A stretch of DNA of 7,911 nt from an uncultured Gammaproteobacteria bacterium (lineage in GTDB: Bacteria > Patescibacteriota > Microgenomatia > Daviesbacterales > UBA10151), in NCBI GenBank assembly GCA_964522265.1, contig CAZFVS010000049.1:1-7911 (forward strand), read 5' to 3'. Below the pieces are notes generated by a model. The model was not told the DNA's origin and did no database searches. It saw only the letters and a program-made list of their open reading frames with translations. Position 1 is the first letter of the stretch. The number at the start of each line of letters is the position of its first letter. The position numbers and the translations under genes were made by a program. This document shows positions 1 to 5,559 of this stretch, piece by piece.

Positions 1-74
1 CTTACCTGGATACATCATAACTTTTTGGAAACTCCTGAACAGCTACGACAAACTGAACACAGAGTTAGTGTCTA

Positions 75-257
75 TTAAATTATTATGCCATGCCACCAGA
101 CCATATCTGCTAAATATCTTTCTTCGTCTCCCTCGTAACAGTCTGCTATTACCTCACAAGGCCACCTGTCGTCAAGTTGCATGTTTTGATAGATAACTCC
201 ATAAACCAGCATCTTCTGCTGGGTGGTTAAAAGCTCGGGTTTCATTCTCTCGTTCAT
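75..257 (-). CDS. hypothetical small protein (60 aa), acidic, Trp/Cys-containing; no family recognised
   Basis: The ORF is not shadowed by a larger ORF. On the minus strand a Shine-Dalgarno-like GGGGGTGA (plus coords 262-269) lies 4 nt upstream of the ATG at 257. A second in-frame ATG at 245 has an identical duplicated context, so the start could be 257 or 245. Confidence 0.5.
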   Translation of the reverse strand: MNERMKPELLTTQQKMLVYGVIYQNMQLDDRWPCEVIADCYEGDEERYLADMVWWHGIII

Positions 258-278
258 TCTCTCACCCCCTTTGGTCAG

Positions 279-309
279 GTTTTAAAACTAGCATTAGGGT
301 TTAAACCCT
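279..309. promoter_or_regulatory. two perfect palindromes in the divergent intergenic region; candidate operator sites
   Basis: GTTTTAAAAC (279-288) and AGGGTTTAAACCCT (296-309) are each exactly self-complementary. They sit between the minus-strand small ORF and the plus-strand P-loop enzyme gene. No known operator consensus was recognised, and they are not an ARG box. Confidence 0.3.
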
Positions 310-322
310 GCTTGATTTTTTC

Positions 323-349
323 CTGACACAAACAGGACAATGCTATAAT
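323..349 (+). promoter_or_regulatory. sigma-70-like promoter with extended -10 for the 359..2616 operon
   Basis: TGcTATAAT spans 341-349 (TG 341-342, TATAAT 344-349). A weak -35 CTGACA lies at 323-328 with a short 15-nt spacer. Only 9 nt separate the -10 from the ATG at 359 and there is no usable SD, so a leaderless or very short-leader mRNA is implied. Confidence 0.45.
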
Positions 350-358
350 GACGGGGCT

Positions 359-1684
359 ATGGTCAGAACCAGAATAATTATTATGGGGGCAGCCGGCCGC
401 GATTTCCATAATTTCAACGTTTACTACCGCGATCATCCAAAATACCAAGTCGTTGCTTTTACAGCCTACCAGATCCCTAACATCTCTGACAGAAAATATC
501 CTGCCAAGCTTGCCGGCAAATTATACCCTCATGGCATCCCTATCCACCCGGAAGACGAACTGAATGATCTAATTCAGAAACATAGCGTGAACGGGGTCAT
601 TTTTGCCTATTCTGATATCTCTTATGAATATGTTATGCATAAAGCTTCTTTGGTAAATGCTGCCGGTGCAAATTTTACCCTGTTGGGGATGAAACAAACT
701 ATGTTGCATTCCAAAAAGCCTGTTGTGTCTATCTGTGCAGTAAGAACCGGCTCAGGCAAAAGCCAGGCTTCAAGAAAGGTCACAAGATACTTGCTCAAAA
801 AAGGGCTTAAAGTTGTGGCAGTAAGACACCCTATGCCTTACGGCAACCTGACCAAGCAGACCACCCAAAGGTTTGCATCATATGAAGACTTGGACAAAAA
901 TGAATGCACGATTGAAGAGCGGGAAGAATATGAACCATATATTGAGCAGGGTATGGTGGTTTTTGCCGGGGTGGATTACGGGAAAATTTTAGAGCTGGCT
1001 GAAAAAGAAGCTGATGTCATAATCTGGGACGGCGGGAACAATGATACCCCTTTTTATAAACCTGACCTGCATATTGTGATTGCCGATCCACACAGGAGCG
1101 GGCATGAAAGCACTTATTACCCCGGTGAAACCAATGCCAGGATGGCTGATGTACTGATCATAAACAAGGTCAATACAGCCAAGGCTGAAAATGTTAATGC
1201 TGTTTTTACAAACCTAAAACTTTTAAACCCTAAAGCCATTATTATCAAATCTGATTCCGTTATAAACGTTGTAGAGCCGGAAATAATCAGGAATAAAAAA
1301 GTGTTGGTTATAGAAGACGGCCCAACAGTCACCCATGGTGAGATGGCTTACGGTGCAGGTTTTTTTGCAGCCAAAAAATATGGCGCCAGAGTAATCGATC
1401 CGAGAAAATTCGCAGTAGGGTCTATAAAAAAGACATTTGAGCAATTTCCCCACCTAAAAGAGGTACTTCCCGCAATGGGTTATAGTGATAAACAGAGGGG
1501 CGAGCTGCAAAAAACAATCAATACTTCAAATGCACAAGCTGTTATTATCGGTACCCCAATAGATCTGGCAAAACTTATCAAATTAAACAAACCGTCTGTC
1601 AGAGTCACTTACGATATAAAAGAACGCGGCAGTGTTACACTGGATGATATACTGGCAAAATTTGTCAAAACACACAATTTATGA
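359..1684 (+). CDS. COG2403-type P-loop NTPase-fold enzyme (cyclic 2,3-diphosphoglycerate synthetase / arginine synthetase ArcE family; often annotated 'predicted GTPase')
   Basis: 441-aa ORF. The N-terminus IIIMGAAGRDFHNFNV is characteristic of this family. It has a P-loop CAVRTGSGKSQ (nt 737-766), a Walker-B-like ADVIIWDGGNND and an NKxD-like LIINKVN. The stop overlaps the next start in ATGA (1681-1684). Confidence 0.85.
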   Translation: MVRTRIIIMGAAGRDFHNFNVYYRDHPKYQVVAFTAYQIPNISDRKYPAKLAGKLYPHGIPIHPEDELNDLIQKHSVNGVIFAYSDISYEYVMHKASLVNAAGANFTLLGMKQTMLHSKKPVVSICAVRTGSGKSQASRKVTRYLLKKGLKVVAVRHPMPYGNLTKQTTQRFASYEDLDKNECTIEEREEYEPYIEQGMVVFAGVDYGKILELAEKEADVIIWDGGNNDTPFYKPDLHIVIADPHRSGHESTYYPGETNARMADVLIINKVNTAKAENVNAVFTNLKLLNPKAIIIKSDSVINVVEPEIIRNKKVLVIEDGPTVTHGEMAYGAGFFAAKKYGARVIDPRKFAVGSIKKTFEQFPHLKEVLPAMGYSDKQRGELQKTINTSNAQAVIIGTPIDLAKLIKLNKPSVRVTYDIKERGSVTLDDILAKFVKTHNL

Positions 1685-2616
1685 CCTCCCTTGAAAAACA
1701 GACTACCTCTGCATTGCTTATGATCAGACCTGCTAATTTTGGCTTTAATGAGGAGACTTTTGCAACATGCCCATTCCAAAAAAGAATGGACCTGCCCGCG
1801 GAGGAGGTGCAAAAAAGGGCCTTGCATGAATTCGACCTGCTGGCTGGCAAACTTAAATCCGAAGGGGTCAATGTTATAGTATTTGAAGATACTCCGGAGC
1901 CGAAGAAACCCGACGCGATATTCCCCAACAATTGGGTCACTTTTCATGAAAACGGCACTATTGCCCTCTACCCAATGCTGGCACCAAAAAGAAGGCTAGA
2001 GCGCAGAATAGATATTTTGGCCAGTTTAAAAAAAGATCGTCAATACCGCGCTTCAGATATCTGCGATCTCACACCATTTGAAAAAAAAGGAGAGTTTCTA
2101 GAAGGAACCGGCAGTATGGTCCTGGACCGGATTAACAGGATTGTTTATGCTTGTTTATCACCCAGAACGCATCAGGAACCGCTTAAAAAGTTTGCTGAAA
2201 TATTTGGCTACAAAACAGTTACTTTCCATACCCGTGACATGATGGAAAAACCGGTTTACCATACAAACGTGGTTATGAGCGTGGGCGAAAAATATGCAGT
2301 TGCCTGCCTTGAAGCCGTTTCAGAAAAACAGGAAAAAACAAGGCTTTCACAAAGCCTTAAAAAAACCGGCCATGAGCTGATTCCTATCACGCTTGACCAG
2401 ATGTACAGGTTTTGCGGGAATATCCTGCAGATAAAAAACCTGCTTGGGGAACCGTTAACGATTATGTCAGATCAGGCCTGCAAAACCTTCACCAAAAAAC
2501 AGCTTGGGGTAATAAAAAAATACACCCGGACAGTAACCTCCCCAGCGGAAACAATCGAAACAATAAGCGGAGGAGGCGTCAGGTGTATGATGGCAGAAAT
2601 TTTCCCGCAGATTTAA
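1681..2616 (+). CDS. guanidino-group modifying enzyme superfamily hydrolase (arginine deiminase-related protein; resembles proteins annotated citrulline utilization hydrolase CtlX)
   Basis: 311-aa ORF. Family-typical motifs are present: KQTTSALLMIRPANFGFNEET, PDAIFPNNW, LEGTGSMVLD, PVYHTNVVM (catalytic His region) and the C-terminal GGGVRCMMAEIF with the nucleophile Cys302 (nt 2584-2586). It is translationally coupled to the upstream gene. Confidence 0.85.
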   Translation: MTSLEKQTTSALLMIRPANFGFNEETFATCPFQKRMDLPAEEVQKRALHEFDLLAGKLKSEGVNVIVFEDTPEPKKPDAIFPNNWVTFHENGTIALYPMLAPKRRLERRIDILASLKKDRQYRASDICDLTPFEKKGEFLEGTGSMVLDRINRIVYACLSPRTHQEPLKKFAEIFGYKTVTFHTRDMMEKPVYHTNVVMSVGEKYAVACLEAVSEKQEKTRLSQSLKKTGHELIPITLDQMYRFCGNILQIKNLLGEPLTIMSDQACKTFTKKQLGVIKKYTRTVTSPAETIETISGGGVRCMMAEIFPQI

Positions 2617-3230
2617 ACTGGAGGATTTTTCCTCTTAAGAAAAATAAAAACTCCTGCCGTACTCATTAAGGCTCCTGAAACCATACCAAACACAAGCAGA
2701 ATCTGGGTGGGTGAAATATTTGTTGGGGATGTTTTGATAATCTTTTTTGCGTTTGGATCAACTACTTCTATTGTCGCTCCCCTGCTTTTTGTTAAATCCA
2801 GGGAGTTTTTATTTTCAACCCCGGTTGGGATAGCTGATTCCGGATTAATGCTTATCTTGGCCTGGCCGTCTTTGATGGTGCGGAAGGTTAATTTTGCCAC
2901 CAACAGGTCCCCGTTTTGAGAAACAATATTGGCTCTGGTAATTTTCATTTTGCCGGGGGTTAGTTTTTCTTTGGCCTGCATCGAAAAAGCAGAAGATTCA
3001 TAATCAATTTTTGTCAGGCTTAATATACTGCTATTGTAATCAAGTGTCACTCCTATAGCATTTACCAACTCCCCTTCACTATTTAACCTAAGCTCCAATT
3101 CTATCTGGTCACTGATGGTTTTACTCGGAAGACTCTCCGGTAAAAGATAAAGTGTGGATGCTGATACTGTTTTGGGCAGCATTAAAACTAACAATAGTAA
3201 AAGTGGCAAAATTATGTTTTTTTTAATCAT
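2613..3230 (-). CDS. cohesin-domain surface protein with N-terminal signal peptide and C-terminal membrane anchor
   Basis: 205 aa. Signal peptide MIKKNIILPLLLLLVLMLPKTVSA. A cohesin-like beta-sandwich segment covers roughly aa 25-150 (YLLPES..QIELELRLNS..VNAIGVTLDYNSSILSL..LLVAKLTFRTIKDGQAKISI). The C-terminal hydrophobic helix ILLVFGMVSGALMSTAGVFIFL is followed by KRKN. An AAGGA RBS lies 5 nt upstream of the ATG. The gene overlaps the upstream gene by 8 nt. Confidence 0.8.
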   Translation of the reverse strand: MIKKNIILPLLLLLVLMLPKTVSASTLYLLPESLPSKTISDQIELELRLNSEGELVNAIGVTLDYNSSILSLTKIDYESSAFSMQAKEKLTPGKMKITRANIVSQNGDLLVAKLTFRTIKDGQAKISINPESAIPTGVENKNSLDLTKSRGATIEVVDPNAKKIIKTSPTNISPTQILLVFGMVSGALMSTAGVFIFLKRKNPPV

Positions 3231-3984
3231 CCATGTCCTTGATTAATATAGCAAAGTCAAAAGAATTAATTACAAAATTTCTATCCATATCGCCATCGCT
3301 TATACTGGCTAAATGTTTACCCCAATTGTTAAATAATGTCCGTACATCAAAAACATCAACTTTGTCATCCTCATTTAGGTCAGCCTTTCTCTTTGGTTTT
3401 CGAGGAGTGGCAGAAGGACTGGCAGAATCTGATGCCTCAGTGATATCAATAGTTAGCGGAAAGGGGTTGGCATTTTGGATAAGACCGGTGTTGGACTGAA
3501 ATTTAGCGAATAAGGATTTTGTTCGGTTTGAAGCATCTTTCAAAAATGTATAAATAACCGTGCTGTCTCTAAACTGCTCATAATTATATTCTTTTTTATT
3601 GATATGGAAACGTTCATCTTCTGCTAAAACAGCAGATTTAGTAGCAACACTGTCTATCGGCGCAGAGATTGCAGCGGCTGTTAAATTCCAATTGGGAGAT
3701 ATTAACTTAATTTCTGCCTCTCTTGAGGAAATCCTGGTAACACTGTTCCCCAAAGAATCAAGCACAAAAATATTCTGCTCACTGGCTTTAGATTGAGGCT
3801 TAAAGAAGAGATTGGTAAAAAGGTTATTTTTAAAAGAGAAGGCCATGGCAGAGATAAAAAATACGATCAGACCCAGGGTAGCAACTATTATTGGTAATCT
3901 GCTGGTTTTTAGAAGAGAGTCTGTTTGGCTTGATTGTTCCGGGAACTGTTGGGTTTGGACTGGATCTGGATTATTAATAACCAT
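3223..3984 (-). CDS. membrane-anchored protein with uncharacterised extracytoplasmic domain and C-terminal dockerin module
   Basis: 253 aa. N-terminal TM helix LPIIVATLGLIVFFISAMAFSF. The C-terminus carries two EF-hand-like dockerin repeats, DLNEDDKVDVFDVRTLFNNW and DGDMDRNFVINSFDFAILIKDM (about nt 3226-3387), preceded by a Ser/Pro/Lys linker. Confidence 0.8.
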   Translation of the reverse strand: MVINNPDPVQTQQFPEQSSQTDSLLKTSRLPIIVATLGLIVFFISAMAFSFKNNLFTNLFFKPQSKASEQNIFVLDSLGNSVTRISSREAEIKLISPNWNLTAAAISAPIDSVATKSAVLAEDERFHINKKEYNYEQFRDSTVIYTFLKDASNRTKSLFAKFQSNTGLIQNANPFPLTIDITEASDSASPSATPRKPKRKADLNEDDKVDVFDVRTLFNNWGKHLASISDGDMDRNFVINSFDFAILIKDMDD

Positions 3985-4005
3985 CTTTAGTGACTTCTAA
4001 TTTTG

Positions 4006-4017
4006 ATGATATATCAT
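4006..4017. promoter_or_regulatory. 12-bp perfect palindrome ATGATATATCAT abutting the -10 of the dockerin/cohesin operon promoter; candidate operator
   Basis: The sequence is exactly self-complementary. It covers the predicted transcription start region of the minus-strand promoter at 4017-4045. Confidence 0.3.
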
Positions 4018-4045
4018 TTATACTAATACCGCCACCATAAATCAA
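4017..4045 (-). promoter_or_regulatory. sigma-70-like promoter for the dockerin/cohesin operon
   Basis: The minus strand reads TTGATT (plus 4040-4045), a 17-nt spacer, then TATAAA (plus 4017-4022). An A/T-rich UP-like tract (4051-4065) lies upstream. The promoter sits about 33 nt upstream of the ATG at 3984. Confidence 0.5.
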
Positions 4046-4076
4046 TCTGGAAATTTTAAAAACTTACAGTGAATAT

Positions 4077-4622
4077 TTACTCAAGAATACGGACACCACC
4101 ATAAGGATAAATCCATACTTGGACAGTCCTATCCCGTTGTAGGGTACTCCCTGTCCCATCCCTCCCATCAAATTCAAAAATACCTATATCCTGAAATCTT
4201 CCAAGCTGCAACTCATTATTCATGATAGGTACAAAAACTCCTGGTTGAGAAAATAGCAATGCCCTTAAATGCCTTCCAGCGTTTGCATCGTTTTCTTCTT
4301 CATCTGGTCTCAAGCGCGGATTATCACCACACCAATGTTTATAAACTCGCGGAATTCCGTCATAATTTTTTTCTTTAAACCAGTTTCCTCTTAGATCTTC
4401 CCCTACCAAGCTTAAGGAAAAATCGATCATATCATCTCTTAAATTTGGTTCTATTACTTCAGTCAAAATAACACCTAAAGTTGTATGCAACGAACGGACA
4501 AATGTCAATCCTGTTTCTACTTCAGATTTTTTCACTGCTTCCCTAACTTCAGGGGTGATATCCTGAATATAGGTAGGCTCAAGGGATTTAAACTTTAATT
4601 CTTTTAAATATACTTCCAACAT
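4077..4622 (-). CDS. YjbQ/UPF0047 family protein (secondary thiamine-phosphate synthase-like), with extra internal segments
   Basis: 181 aa. Family-like motifs: IQDITPEVREAVKKSEVETGLTFVRSLHTTLGVILTEVIEPNLRDDM, then YKH...NAGRHLRALLFSQPGVFVPIMNNELQLGRFQDIGIFEFDG. It is longer than typical members of about 140 aa. Confidence 0.75.
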   Translation of the reverse strand: MLEVYLKELKFKSLEPTYIQDITPEVREAVKKSEVETGLTFVRSLHTTLGVILTEVIEPNLRDDMIDFSLSLVGEDLRGNWFKEKNYDGIPRVYKHWCGDNPRLRPDEEENDANAGRHLRALLFSQPGVFVPIMNNELQLGRFQDIGIFEFDGRDGTGSTLQRDRTVQVWIYPYGGVRILE

Positions 4623-4628
4623 AATTTT

Positions 4629-4637
4629 TGATATATT
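4629..4637 (+). promoter_or_regulatory. possible extended -10 element (TGaTATATT) for the sigma-factor gene
   Basis: TG at 4629-4630 and TATATT at 4632-4637, 13 nt upstream of the ATG at 4651. No clear -35 and no SD. The region is AT-rich, so a chance match is plausible. Confidence 0.3.
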
Positions 4638-4645
4638 ATTAGTCT

Positions 4646-4673
4646 ATTATATGCCAAAAATCCCACGAATCAA
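4646..4673 (-). promoter_or_regulatory. sigma-70-like promoter for the YjbQ-family gene, overlapping the start of the divergent sigma-factor gene
   Basis: The minus strand reads TTGATT (plus 4668-4673), a 16-nt spacer, then a consensus TATAAT (plus 4646-4651). The -10 overlaps the A of the sigma-gene ATG (4651-4653). Confidence 0.45.
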
Positions 4674-5247
4674 GCACAAATCTTTAAGGCATGAGCGCAG
4701 CTCTACTTTGTATAAAGGCTTTGAATTGGTTTATAAAGAGCTGGCGCTGCCTTTAATGAAGTTTTTAGTAAAAAGAATGGGTGGTGAAAAGCAAGCTGCA
4801 GAGGAGGTATTCTCAAATACAACTTATGCAGCTTTAAAAGGCTGGCATACTTTTTCTCATAAAAGCAGTTATTTTACCTGGATTTGCAAGATCGGCTTAA
4901 ATAAGATTGCAGATTATTACCGTTCTCAAATTCATGAAAAATCCATTATTATAGCTCCCCTTTTGGAGGAGCTTTCAGAAAGACACAGTGATGAACTCTC
5001 CATCGAAGAAAAATTAATTCTAAAAGAGCTAAGAATAAACGTCAGAGCTTGTTTGATGCTCCTACCGGGAGAAAAAAGAAAGCTTATATATTTAAGATTT
5101 TATAAGCAGTTAACAATCAAAAAGATTGCTGAAATTTTTAACACATCAGAAAGATCAGTTGAGGGAAAGATTTACAGAGCAAAGCTTGAGTTAAAAGAAA
5201 CAATCTCTCTTAAACATCCCTATTTAGCTTATCGAAAAAATCCATAA
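4651..5247 (+). CDS. ECF-type (group 4) sigma-70 family RNA polymerase sigma factor
   Basis: 198 aa. Region 2-like AEEVFSNTTYAALKGWHTFSHKSSYFTWICKIGLNKIADYYR. Region 4 LPGEKRKLIYLRFYKQLTIKKIAEIFNTSERSVEGKIYRAKLELK with a helix-turn-helix. Confidence 0.85.
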   Translation: MPKIPRIKHKSLRHERSSTLYKGFELVYKELALPLMKFLVKRMGGEKQAAEEVFSNTTYAALKGWHTFSHKSSYFTWICKIGLNKIADYYRSQIHEKSIIIAPLLEELSERHSDELSIEEKLILKELRINVRACLMLLPGEKRKLIYLRFYKQLTIKKIAEIFNTSERSVEGKIYRAKLELKETISLKHPYLAYRKNP

Positions 5248-5316
5248 ATAATTCTCGCACGCATACACCCCTTGCAAAACTATTTTCATTTTGTTTACAT
5301 TAAATTATGTAGAAAA

Positions 5317-5553
5317 ATGAAAAACAAAAAAGTCGCTGCCCTGCTTTCACTACTTTTTCCCGGTCTTGGTCATTTGTATATTGGTAAACACATTGATGGA
5401 ATAATATTTCTAATCGCCGGTTTGTTTTTGTGGTTTGTTACTTACTTAAAGAGCGAGCTCATATTCCAATTTAATAACCAGGCAGTTATTGTTCTGATGG
5501 CTTTGGCGGGTATTTATATCTACACAATTTTTGACTCCTACAGAAAAGCATAA
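5317..5553 (+). CDS. small integral membrane protein (78 aa) with LLFPGLGHLYIGK motif; function unknown
   Basis: The track ORF begins at a TTG (5272). I prefer the ATG at 5317 (MKNKKVAALL...), which gives a Lys-rich N-terminus followed by 2-3 hydrophobic helices. The stop is 6 nt before the next ATG, which suggests an operon with the peptidase. Confidence 0.6.
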   Translation: MKNKKVAALLSLLFPGLGHLYIGKHIDGIIFLIAGLFLWFVTYLKSELIFQFNNQAVIVLMALAGIYIYTIFDSYRKA

Positions 5554-5559
5554 AAAAGG

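Noticed and set aside
1-74. A possible minus-strand gene starts at ATGATG (plus 18-13) and runs off the left edge, with AGGAG 13 nt upstream.
   Set aside because: Only 6 codons are visible and the SD spacing is long, so it cannot be supported from this window.
1117-1947. Four minus-strand ORFs (1117-1332, 1223-1453, 1609-1947, 1665-1940) lie antisense to the P-loop enzyme and CtlX-like genes.
   Set aside because: They are fully embedded in strongly supported plus-strand genes. Their translations are low-complexity or hydrophobic with no motifs, so they are typical shadow ORFs.
2621-2634. A small hairpin, GAGGA-TTTT-TCCTC, lies just after the CtlX-like stop. I considered it as a terminator.
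   Set aside because: The stem is only 5 bp, no T-tract follows, and it lies inside the cohesin coding sequence.
2412-2669. An 85-aa plus-strand ORF lies out of frame across the 3' end of the CtlX-like gene.
   Set aside because: It overlaps two well-supported genes. The product is an Arg/Lys/Asn-rich frame artefact with no RBS.
3217-3224. An A8 homopolymer sits at codons 3-5 of the cohesin gene, with a similar A8 at 2081-2088 in the CtlX-like gene. I considered it as a phase-variation or frameshift tract.
   Set aside because: A7-A8 runs are frequent throughout this AT-rich window, including in a housekeeping-type enzyme gene, so there is no specific evidence for slipped-strand switching.
2707-4000. 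Plus-strand ORFs 2707-2919, 3233-3499, 3599-3796 and 3812-4000 lie antisense to the cohesin and dockerin genes.
   Set aside because: They are embedded in minus-strand genes with clear domain signatures. They have no motifs and no start context.
5272-5316. A TTG start at 5272 would give a 93-aa version of the small membrane protein.
   Set aside because: The extra 15 residues (MQNYFHFVYIKLCRK) come from a TTG in AT-rich intergenic sequence. The ATG at 5317 gives a typical Lys-rich N-terminus ahead of the first TM helix. This is not proven.
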